Part shown: piece after piece, positions 18,746 through 25,848 of the stretch
Layout of the letters: each line of letters opens with the position of its first letter
How positions within the stretch are numbered: position 1 is the first letter of the stretch
Virus record (IMG/VR): IMGVR_UViG_2609459795_000003
DNA: 29,443 bases
From: a virus
Lineage: Duplodnaviria; Heunggongvirae; Uroviricota; Caudoviricetes
Strand: one strand, 5' to 3'
Notes under the pieces: generated by a model
Database searches by the model: none
Seen by the model: the letters and a program-made list of their open reading frames with translations, nothing else
What the model was told of the DNA's origin: nothing
Position numbers and translations under genes: made by a program

Positions 18746-18778
18746 ATTGCGGGCGATAATTGCCCGCAATCTCGTTTG
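18746..18778 (+). terminator. Terminator-like hairpin after the plus-strand moron
   Basis: ATTGCGGGC-GATAATT-GCCCGCAAT (9-bp stem) 8 nt after the stop, followed by CTCGTTTG (weak U-run). Confidence 0.4.
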
Positions 18779-18780
18779 CC

Positions 18781-18999
18781 TCATAACTGGCTAATACAGT
18801 TGCGCTGTACTGCTTTGTTATGTGCCAGAATATCCCGCTTCGTAAGCTTATCCAGCACTTCAATGTCCTGACCTGTGAGATAGATGATTCTTACCCAGTC
18901 ACAGGCCGTGTCCGTTACTTCAGGTTTTGCGGGTAAAGTTTTCGCGCAACTCACGGTCAACATCGTCATCAGGTAGATGATTAACAGTCTGCTGTACAT
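18781..18999 (-). CDS. Putative o-spanin (Rz1-like outer-membrane lipoprotein)
   Basis: 72-aa ORF with signal peptide and lipobox-like LTVSC; two later Cys; overlaps the 3' end of the upstream membrane protein gene in another frame, downstream of the endolysin. Confidence 0.45.
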   Translation of the reverse strand: MYSRLLIIYLMTMLTVSCAKTLPAKPEVTDTACDWVRIIYLTGQDIEVLDKLTKRDILAHNKAVQRNCISQL

Positions 19000-19252
19000 C
19001 CCAGGCTCCTTTTGTTGTCTCTACCCTACGTTCTGCAACGGCTTCAGTAGCAGCTGCACGTTCTTCAGTGCGTTGCTGGTCCGCTTTTGTTTCTGCGATA
19101 CTTGTACCGCGTGATTTACCCAGACCAAAAGCACCTGCAATTGCAGCCAGCACAGCAACAACCAGGCCGATAATCATTTCAAGTCCCATAGTGACCTCAT
19201 ACCAGTGCGGCTTTTGCTTTGGCGTAACGTTCACGGCGGTCTTTAATGCCAT
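18920..19252 (-). CDS. Putative i-spanin (Rz-like)
   Basis: 110-aa ORF (likely starting at an internal Met) with one N-terminal TM segment (MIIGLVVAVLAAIAGAFGL) and a charged, helical C-terminal part; directly after the endolysin. Confidence 0.4.
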   Translation of the reverse strand: MALKTAVNVTPKQKPHWYEVTMGLEMIIGLVVAVLAAIAGAFGLGKSRGTSIAETKADQQRTEERAAATEAVAERRVETTKGAWDVQQTVNHLPDDDVDRELRENFTRKT

Positions 19253-19811
19253 TCTGTCCGCCGTTAATAATCTGCGTTACACGTTCCACGTCACCCGAAT
19301 ACATCAAGCAACCGCGTAACGTGAAGTACCACGCCGCCGAACGGGCCGCATGTCGCTCCTGCGTTAGCAATTCTGGTGTATTGACAAGGTCAAGTTTCAG
19401 CGCCGCACCACATTTGGTGTAGTTCTCACGGCCAGTAATTTGAAGCAGGCCACGACCGCGATATTTCCAGCCGTCACCCTGGCTGTTATTCCCCATGCGG
19501 TCACCGTAAACCAGATTGGCTATTTGCGGCTGGTGAGCGACCTGTTTACCATCGACACGCCCCAGCATTTCGCACTGGTACGGCGTCAGACGCTTACCAA
19601 AGGTTTTCTTCAGCCCTTCAACCGAGTAGTTAAAACTCTCTGCCAGCGAAGTAAATCCTGCAGACTCATGCCCGACTTGTGCAATGAACATGGCCTGATC
19701 ATTAACTGCTGTAATACCAAACTCTTTCATTGCCGCATCAATGTGCGGAAACCAGCGTGCAGAAACATCGGCGCTGATACCAGCCGCCTGCTGAAATTGT
19801 GATTGGTTCAT
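19197..19811 (-). CDS. Endolysin (glycoside hydrolase family 19, chitinase-like)
   Basis: 204-aa ORF after two membrane-protein genes; sequence resembles GH19-type phage endolysins as I recall them (e.g. ...FIAQVGHESAGF..., ...GRGLLQITGRENY...). Confidence 0.7.
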   Translation of the reverse strand: MNQSQFQQAAGISADVSARWFPHIDAAMKEFGITAVNDQAMFIAQVGHESAGFTSLAESFNYSVEGLKKTFGKRLTPYQCEMLGRVDGKQVAHQPQIANLVYGDRMGNNSQGDGWKYRGRGLLQITGRENYTKCGAALKLDLVNTPELLTQERHAARSAAWYFTLRGCLMYSGDVERVTQIINGGQNGIKDRRERYAKAKAALV

Positions 19812-20092
19812 TAGTGCCTCAGATGGTCAACCAGACGTGCCACATTGCCTCTGACGGCGACCAGCACGGACAGGAAAATAATGTTGGCCACGATAGTGGC
19901 CCACGATGAATAAGGGTAGATACCGCACAGATACGCCAGCGGTACGGCGCTATAAATGACCGTAAGCAGCCACGCTAAGCGAGATATCCACGGTCGATGT
20001 CTGGAGTCGCCACGACGATAAAACATCAGAGTAATAACAACACAAGCACATAACAGCGCATTTATAGTTGCTGTCGGGTCATTTAGCTCCAC
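19811..20092 (-). CDS. Small multi-TM membrane protein (holin or antiholin candidate)
   Basis: 93-aa ORF with three hydrophobic segments, stop/start overlap with the endolysin gene. Confidence 0.45.
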   Translation of the reverse strand: MELNDPTATINALLCACVVITLMFYRRGDSRHRPWISRLAWLLTVIYSAVPLAYLCGIYPYSSWATIVANIIFLSVLVAVRGNVARLVDHLRH

Positions 20093-20531
20093 CTGAACCT
20101 CCCCGGCGCGTTATGAGCGCCACCAGCGAGCCGATATCCTGATTATTCAGGAACGTCAGGATTTTAACGGCTAAAGCAGAGACGATTACGGCACCAATAG
20201 CATCCAGAGGTTTATCACTGTATCCGGTCAAGTTCGCCAGCTTGGAGCCAACCAACCCAGAGCAAAGGATCCCGGCAATATATGACACGATAAAATATGC
20301 TAGTCGGCGCGATGCACTCAGATCTGCTGCTGTTGCTATGTAGAATACAGCCCCTGCAAATGCGCCAAATACAACGCCGTAATCAGTTCCGGTCAGCAGT
20401 CCATAAATACTAGCGCCCGTTAGGGCTCCACCAGCTAACCCTGTGCCGGAAATCGGATCGGACATTAGCCACCTCTTATTGCAGTGAGTCCTCTCAGAAA
20501 TAGAAATGAGAGGAATAAAAAAGGCCACCAT
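20079..20531 (-). CDS. Putative holin
   Basis: Gly/Ala-rich multi-TM protein upstream of the endolysin; probable start is the internal ATG at about 20465 (MSDPISGTG...) preceded by AAGAGGTGG. Confidence 0.55.
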   Translation of the reverse strand: MVAFFIPLISISERTHCNKRWLMSDPISGTGLAGGALTGASIYGLLTGTDYGVVFGAFAGAVFYIATAADLSASRRLAYFIVSYIAGILCSGLVGSKLANLTGYSDKPLDAIGAVIVSALAVKILTFLNNQDIGSLVALITRRGGSGGAK

Positions 20532-20540
20532 TTGGCAGCC
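20517..20540 (-). promoter_or_regulatory. Degenerate palindrome GGCTGCCAAATGGTGGCC plus T-run after the 268-aa cargo gene
   Basis: Shares the half-site GGCTGCCAA with the perfect palindrome at 21546-21563; followed on the minus strand by TTTTTT. Could be a weak terminator and/or a second operator. Confidence 0.35.
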
Positions 20541-20573
20541 ATAGAATTGATGTAATTATAACTAATTCATTAA

Positions 20574-21380
20574 CTATTTCTTAATGATGCTATTTAACAT
20601 TTCTAATGCAAAAAGCAACATGGAGCTAATAAAATACAATATAACCGCACTGGCAATCGCTCCAATTATAGCCTGGACACTCCAGTGAAAGTAATTTTTA
20701 CCATTAATAACAAACTTAACACTAGGAAACAAAAAGTCGATAAGCTTAATTATTAATGGAATAGCAAAGCTCCATAAGTTCGAAAACAAAATAAAGATAC
20801 AAATAAATGATAAAGCAAATGCACCATCGATTGATAGTTTTGGCGCCAGTTTTGAGGCTGTCCATAAGCTAAGCAAAAAGCCAACTGTCACACCTGAAAT
20901 CTGGATACTTAACATAGTCCAAGCTGTTCTAAAAAATCTAAATTTATTTTTGCACTTGTTAATTAAATCCTGAATCGTAATCCATAACGAGTCAACCCAC
21001 TCATTATCTTCCGATGCTACAATCATTGTGCTGCTATTTGAATTCCTCTCATCAATTCGTAGCTCCATCCAAGATCCATTCATCCTGTTAGACTGTCGAC
21101 TTTGATAAGTTTCAATAGTAAAAATTATTTGATCAATCCTAGTGGCCTGTCTAAAGTATTTCACAAGCTCACCGATAGAATCAACTTTATACCCCTTACC
21201 ATCGAACAAAATAAAAAAAACACATTGAGCACAAACTTCCCTACTTTCCTTTTGAGCTTGCTCATTCATTTTAACGCAGCGTTCGACAATTGCCGTGCTT
21301 AAGCTAATCAAGCTATCTTCATTTATAGAAACACCTGAAATATTCTTGCTTCTGTAAAAATATGACACTTTCGATTCCAC
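20574..21380 (-). CDS. AT-rich cargo protein: soluble N-terminal domain plus C-terminal 3-4 TM helices, unknown function
   Basis: 268-aa ORF, visibly AT-rich; hydrophobic segments in the last ~110 aa. Track start is GTG at 21380 with no convincing RBS, so the true start is uncertain. Confidence 0.55.
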   Translation of the reverse strand: MESKVSYFYRSKNISGVSINEDSLISLSTAIVERCVKMNEQAQKESREVCAQCVFFILFDGKGYKVDSIGELVKYFRQATRIDQIIFTIETYQSRQSNRMNGSWMELRIDERNSNSSTMIVASEDNEWVDSLWITIQDLINKCKNKFRFFRTAWTMLSIQISGVTVGFLLSLWTASKLAPKLSIDGAFALSFICIFILFSNLWSFAIPLIIKLIDFLFPSVKFVINGKNYFHWSVQAIIGAIASAVILYFISSMLLFALEMLNSIIKK

Positions 21381-21511
21381 TCCGCACCAGTCTCGATTTA
21401 GCGCAGGTTAACATAACCACTTCATTGGTAGAAGAAAAGAACTCTTCTTGTCAGAAAGCTACTGTGATATCCCTAAACCTGCAGATGATACAGAACAAAA
21501 TTTAAGCATCA

Positions 21512-21563
21512 ATTGTAGGCGATTTTAAATTCACTTTACAGTTTAGGCTGCCAATTGGCAGCC
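21512..21563 (-). promoter_or_regulatory. Perfect 18-bp palindrome GGCTGCCAATTGGCAGCC adjacent to a candidate promoter for the 268-aa gene
   Basis: Palindrome at 21546-21563; on the minus strand it is followed after 5 nt by TGTAAA (21535-21540), a 17-nt spacer and TACAAT (21512-21517). Confidence 0.4.
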
Positions 21564-21577
21564 GATTGAAGCAGAAA

Positions 21578-21847
21578 TCAATGAGTGCTCATCGATGAAT
21601 TTTTTTCAGCGCCAATCTCACTCAAAAAAGCAAAACCTTTTGACGTTATCTCATTAGCAATCAATCCACCTTCGGCAGATTTGCTTCGTATAACATCGAT
21701 AAAACCTATATCAGCAAGATCTGAAATAGCAAAGTTAACCTCTTTTGCTGAGAGATGAGGTAATGATGCAGCCTGAATTCTAGAATCCTTTGGCTGCAAT
21801 TCATTCACTCGACGTAGTATTTCAAGATGGATAGAGGTCAGTTTCAT
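21578..21847 (-). CDS. AT-rich cargo protein: small putative winged-helix/HTH protein
   Basis: 89-aa ORF with strong RBS (AGGAG, 6-nt spacing) and an upstream extended -10; alternating hydrophobic/charged pattern consistent with a small DNA-binding fold (inference). Confidence 0.5.
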   Translation of the reverse strand: MKLTSIHLEILRRVNELQPKDSRIQAASLPHLSAKEVNFAISDLADIGFIDVIRSKSAEGGLIANEITSKGFAFLSEIGAEKNSSMSTH

Positions 21848-21884
21848 AATGTTCTCCTGTTTTTAATGTTGTTTTACAGAAAAC

Positions 21885-21893
21885 ATTATAACA
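21885..21893 (-). promoter_or_regulatory. Extended -10 promoter element TGTTATAAT upstream of the 89-aa cargo gene
   Basis: Minus strand TGtTATAAT about 35 nt upstream of the 89-aa ATG; no good -35, as is common for extended -10 promoters. Confidence 0.45.
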
Positions 21894-21920
21894 CATTGAT
21901 TTTGATGTAGATTGAATAGA

Positions 21921-21953
21921 AAAAAACCATAAAAAAACCTCGCAATAGCGAGG
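21921..21953 (-). terminator. tR'-like Rho-independent terminator downstream of Q
   Basis: Minus strand: CCTCGC-TATT-GCGAGG hairpin followed by TTTTTTTATGGTTTTTTT, about 110 nt after the Q stop. Confidence 0.65.
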
Positions 21954-22061
21954 TCGTAAAAATTGTTCAACGATAGATACACAAGCCCCATCGTTGAGAA
22001 AATCTTATCCATATTTTTTGAGAAATACAAGTATTATGTCGTTATCTTCGGCGAAAATCGC

Positions 22062-22856
22062 TTATCTCGTCACCCTTCTCAATTGTGCTTCAGCGTAAGC
22101 TTCCTCCTGCCAGCACTTTGTAACCAGTTTATCAATGACATCTGCATATCCTTTGTACCACTGATAATCCGTCAGGTCTGGTACCAGCTTCTGGACATGA
22201 AGCCGCGCCAGTGTGGTTGGTAAACGGCTAAACCGGTTTCCACTGCAACGCCCACAAATCTTATAAACAGGCGTGCCATGAAGCCGGGTTCTTTTTTCAT
22301 CCAGGACAATACCTTTACCCTTACACCCTCTGCACGCGGTGCTGACTTCTCCCTTACCATGGCAATGCTGACATAGTTCCTTCACCCACTCTTCCTTGAT
22401 AACAGATTCCCCGCTTCTGGAGTGTTTCACCACTTCGCGCAATACATTATGAAATCCAGTACCAGCACAATGCTCACAGCGAGCCTTACTTGCCGCAGAC
22501 CTGGAATAATCAGCAAAGGCAAAATTCACAAGGTAAGGGATGATCTGTAACCGGGTTTCTTCACTCAATTTGTTCAATGTCGGGTTATCCAGTGCCATCG
22601 CGTAATTGAGCAGACCTTCAATCGCAAACTGAGGATCCTGAACACCAACTTTTGCCAGGAATAAGGCAAACCCAAGCGGTGCTTTCGACTGCACCATCCC
22701 CTGCGCAGCCATCACATCCGTAATCGTTAAACCACCTGAGCCTGTCGCCGGTGCGTCATCGCTCAATTTTGGAGATTTTGGGGAGTAATATTTTGGTAAG
22801 GCTTCAAGGTTCATGCTCGTTCTCCACTTACGCCAGCACGCCAATTGCCAGCGCAC
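22062..22856 (-). CDS. Late-gene antitermination protein Q
   Basis: 264-aa ORF (probable start at MNLEALPKYY, about 22814) with Cys/His zinc-binding motifs (CEHCAGTG ... CQHCHGKG ... CRGCKGKG ... CGRC), immediately upstream of a terminator and the lysis genes. Confidence 0.7.
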   Translation of the reverse strand: MRWQLACWRKWRTSMNLEALPKYYSPKSPKLSDDAPATGSGGLTITDVMAAQGMVQSKAPLGFALFLAKVGVQDPQFAIEGLLNYAMALDNPTLNKLSEETRLQIIPYLVNFAFADYSRSAASKARCEHCAGTGFHNVLREVVKHSRSGESVIKEEWVKELCQHCHGKGEVSTACRGCKGKGIVLDEKRTRLHGTPVYKICGRCSGNRFSRLPTTLARLHVQKLVPDLTDYQWYKGYADVIDKLVTKCWQEEAYAEAQLRRVTR

Positions 22857-23823
22857 GATCGATAAAACGAAATATCAGCTCCAACTGGGAGCCATACTTT
22901 TCTTCAAATGCCACGGTATCCGCATGCAGATCGTCGTGATGCTTTCTGCACAAAGGCAACACAAAGAGGTCATGCGCTTTTGTACCCATTCCCCCCTGAC
23001 CGTCGCCTATCAGGTGGTGGGGATCATCAGCAAGCTTTCCACAACATGCACACGGCTGTGTCTTAACCCAGCGCGTGTACTTTTCATTAGCCCAGCGGCG
23101 ACGTTTTGGGCGTAACATAAAAGACTCCGGCGACTCCGGATCCACTTTCAGCGCCAGCACCTTTTTCGCCTTATCCTGGATGATGCTGGTGGCAGGAACC
23201 GAAGGCACAAGGTCACTTTCCCGGGTGACAGACGGCACAACAGGCTTCGGTAATCTCAGTGCCTTACGGGCTGCACTTTCCGGTAAGGCATCCGCCAGGT
23301 CATTACGAACCAGCCACCAGCACAGTTCCGGCATTGTCACAACGTGACTATCATCAAAACCGAGATCCCGACGCACAACAGACAATACCCAGCGGGCACA
23401 GTTATCCGTTGCCATTGATTCCAGCCGTTCCGTGAACTGATCGCGCAACTGGTTATCGCAGTGCCAGCACAGACGGATTGCGCCCGGCGCGTGTCGCATT
23501 GTGGTCATGTTCTCGCTGTGCCAGTCGGAATGAGGCCACTGGCAGCCTTTTTCACGAAGTAACCAGCTTTCAAGACATTCCACCCCACCAGCACGACGAA
23601 TCACTGCCTCATTACGGAACACGGCCCGAACGACAGGATCATCCGCCAGCGGTTGTGATGCCGCGGGAACGGCACCACTGGCGAAAGATGAATAATGCTC
23701 CGGCTCAGGCTCCAGCAGGACACGCCCCTGCATAAACAGGGGCATCAGCTCTGAACCTGGTCTGAACAATACGATCCCCATACGCGGGGCAATTTCAGGG
23801 GTCAGTAGTGCTCTCACGGTCAC
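22828..23823 (-). CDS. DUF968-like protein with C-terminal HNH-like Cys/His motif
   Basis: 331-aa ORF; C-terminus CACCGKLADDPHHLIGDGQGG...CRKHHDDLH looks like an HNH-type zinc finger; located in the nin-like region upstream of Q. Confidence 0.45.
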   Translation of the reverse strand: MTVRALLTPEIAPRMGIVLFRPGSELMPLFMQGRVLLEPEPEHYSSFASGAVPAASQPLADDPVVRAVFRNEAVIRRAGGVECLESWLLREKGCQWPHSDWHSENMTTMRHAPGAIRLCWHCDNQLRDQFTERLESMATDNCARWVLSVVRRDLGFDDSHVVTMPELCWWLVRNDLADALPESAARKALRLPKPVVPSVTRESDLVPSVPATSIIQDKAKKVLALKVDPESPESFMLRPKRRRWANEKYTRWVKTQPCACCGKLADDPHHLIGDGQGGMGTKAHDLFVLPLCRKHHDDLHADTVAFEEKYGSQLELIFRFIDRALAIGVLA

Positions 23824-23824
23824 C

Positions 23825-24622
23825 TCAATGAACGGTATCGAGCAGCTTTAACAGCTCAGGGAATCGGGATTCGAAAAAGTGCGGCTGCGTCTCGCGCGGA
23901 TTTGCGGGACTGGTGATGTTCTTGCCGAACATGCAGCCTTTCGCTGTCAGCGACCAGAATTTTTTGATGTTGTTAATCGCGGTACGGCTGTATCGTTCGC
24001 GCTGTTCGACGATCCCCAGCTTCACCATCTGGTGATATGCCTGATTAGCCGTAAGGCGGATACCATACTGCTTCAGCAGTGCACTCAATGATAGCGTAGG
24101 GCGGCTTGAGCCATCGAGTGCATCAGCAGGAGCATCAATGGCATAGCGCGGTGCCAGATTCGGTAAGCCAACAGCCTCCTGAAGCTTCTGACAGGCACCA
24201 AGCACTGAAGAGTTAGACAGGTTTAACTCCCTGCGCATAAAGTCCAGCAGAATCACACCAGCCTGCATCTTGTCAGCAGCCTGCCCGGATAATTTTTCCG
24301 GTGCGCTGGTTACCATATCGAAAGTACGGATCACCTTCAGATGGAATGACGGGCTGATCCACATTGCATAGGCATACACCAGTTCTTTGCAGACATACGT
24401 CCCCTGGTTATTTCCGCCACGAATAACGTTAACTGGCTCTATATTGACCGAGTTGCAAATCTGCAACTCGCTTATTAAACGTTCAGTTTGCTCATTGCGG
24501 AGCCAGAATGCAGGCTTATGCTTATCCAGAGAACCGGCAGCCCTGTGCAGATCGTTCAGGCTGTAACGACCATAAGCATCACGACGAACTTCAATACCAT
24601 CAATGACCATCAGATTATTCAT
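23825..24622 (-). CDS. KilA-N domain protein (putative antirepressor-like)
   Basis: 265-aa ORF; N-terminal ~100 aa (MVIDGIEVRRDAYGRYSLNDLHRAAG...KPAFWLRNEQTERLISEL) has the KilA-N pattern as I recall it. Confidence 0.6.
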   Translation of the reverse strand: MNNLMVIDGIEVRRDAYGRYSLNDLHRAAGSLDKHKPAFWLRNEQTERLISELQICNSVNIEPVNVIRGGNNQGTYVCKELVYAYAMWISPSFHLKVIRTFDMVTSAPEKLSGQAADKMQAGVILLDFMRRELNLSNSSVLGACQKLQEAVGLPNLAPRYAIDAPADALDGSSRPTLSLSALLKQYGIRLTANQAYHQMVKLGIVEQRERYSRTAINNIKKFWSLTAKGCMFGKNITSPANPRETQPHFFESRFPELLKLLDTVH

Positions 24623-24641
24623 ACTTCGTTTCTCCTCTTAA

Positions 24642-25031
24642 TCAGGCGGCTGCACCCGCCGTTTTCTCGTACTTACTGATAGTGATCTCGACCTTCCCTT
24701 CCGGGATAACCGGTCCCCACTCCACCAGCATTCTTTTCACCTGACTGTCGTCTTCCCACACACCCGCGTGGGTCAGGGCGTCAAACAGCGCCTTGTTATA
24801 GTTGTCCAGATCGCGGATCCGGTTATCCGGTGGAAACAACACGATCTCCACTGCAGCAGGTGCCGACGTTGGTTTCGGCAGACGACGTAACTGCTCAACT
24901 ATTGCTGCGCACGCCGCGCTCTGGAATTTTCGCCCCGCCGTGCTTATCAGGCTCTTACCAGCAAACGCCCCTTTGTTGGGGTGTCGCCAGTACGTGTTCA
25001 CGCTGGGCGGAAAAGGCAGAATAAGCTTCAT
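24642..25031 (-). CDS. rusA: Holliday junction resolvase RusA
   Basis: 129-aa ORF beginning MKLILPFPPSVNTYW..., the characteristic RusA N-terminus; typical nin-region location. Confidence 0.8.
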   Translation of the reverse strand: MKLILPFPPSVNTYWRHPNKGAFAGKSLISTAGRKFQSAACAAIVEQLRRLPKPTSAPAAVEIVLFPPDNRIRDLDNYNKALFDALTHAGVWEDDSQVKRMLVEWGPVIPEGKVEITISKYEKTAGAAA

Positions 25032-25387
25032 ACTTTCAGGCCCCTCTCATGTAACCAGTGGGCTGCACGCAGCCTGGCGTTTTCCTCACCGGCAAGCAGT
25101 GAGCGGATAATCCCGACCGCCTCGCTGTCGTCGTCCTTCACCGCGGTATGAAGCGTTATCCCCCGGGCCACGCCACGCTTTATCGTGATGACGCCTTTTT
25201 TCTCCAGAGCACGAAGATGCTCCACCGCTGCATTCACCGAACGGTATCCCAGCATGGTTGCCACCTCCTGATTGGTTGGTGGGAAGCCACGTTCTTTCTG
25301 ATAAGAAATCAGCATATCCAGCACCTGCTGCTGGCATTGAGTTAACGTCGTCATTAAGCCCCCACGTAATTCCCTGACAGATACCAC
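25028..25387 (-). CDS. LexA-like N-terminal DNA-binding domain protein lacking the S24 peptidase domain
   Basis: 119-aa ORF (probable start MTTLTQ at about 25354). Residues MTTLTQCQQQVLDMLISYQKERGFPPTNQEVATMLGYRSVNAAVEHLRALEKKGVITIKRGVARGITL closely parallel the LexA DNA-binding domain; no Ser/Lys peptidase region follows. Confidence 0.55.
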   Translation of the reverse strand: MVSVRELRGGLMTTLTQCQQQVLDMLISYQKERGFPPTNQEVATMLGYRSVNAAVEHLRALEKKGVITIKRGVARGITLHTAVKDDDSEAVGIIRSLLAGEENARLRAAHWLHERGLKV

Positions 25388-25848
25388 TCTTCACCCGATG
25401 CAGCGCGCTTGCTGCTTTTCCGTAAGCACCGCTCACGACGCGCCAGAAAATTGTTTCGTTCTGGCTGGGAGTGGCTTTCACGGAATGCCGCCATCCACAC
25501 GGTTGCAGCACGACGGTATAAGCCCCTGGACTCCAGTTCTTCCGCCTGGCGGGTCAGGCACAAAATCACCCGGGGATCGTTAGTGCCGACATAGAAATTA
25601 CGCACAGGTCTGGTTTCACGAACTGGTTGTGGTTTCGGCTCCTGCGCTCTCTCAGTCAGGCGCGGGAAATGTCTGCGTGTATCTCCTTCACAACGGTGAG
25701 CCACACGTCCACTCTGACGTAACTTGCTTGCTGACTGCAGAACGCGCTGCCGTGAGTAACCAGCAAAAGCATCCGCAATGTCTCCGGAAGTACACCCCGG
25801 ATGGGCTTCAATGAATTTCTGAACGTCATTTAACAGACTCATGATCAC
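25354..25848 (-). CDS. PerC-like transcriptional regulator (putative)
   Basis: 164-aa ORF; C-terminal segment AEELESRGLYRRAATVWMAAF resembles the conserved PerC/Pch motif as I recall it; probable start is the ATG at about 25842. Confidence 0.4.
   Translation of the reverse strand: MIMSLLNDVQKFIEAHPGCTSGDIADAFAGYSRQRVLQSASKLRQSGRVAHRCEGDTRRHFPRLTERAQEPKPQPVRETRPVRNFYVGTNDPRVILCLTRQAEELESRGLYRRAATVWMAAFRESHSQPERNNFLARRERCLRKSSKRAASGEEWYLSGNYVGA

Noticed and set aside
21361-21390. tRNA-like motif TTCGATTCCAC...CACCA upstream of the 268-aa cargo gene (tRNA genes often sit in the Q-lysis slot of lambdoid phages)
   Set aside because: I could not build a T-stem or acceptor stem around it (flanking bases are not complementary); part of it overlaps the GTG start region of the cargo gene. 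Not called as tRNA or tRNA remnant.
21546-21563. Perfect palindrome GGCTGCCAATTGGCAGCC as an intrinsic terminator for the 89-aa gene
   Set aside because: No U-run follows on either strand, so it is kept as an operator-like site rather than a terminator; a restriction/modification recognition role was considered but cannot be assessed from sequence alone.
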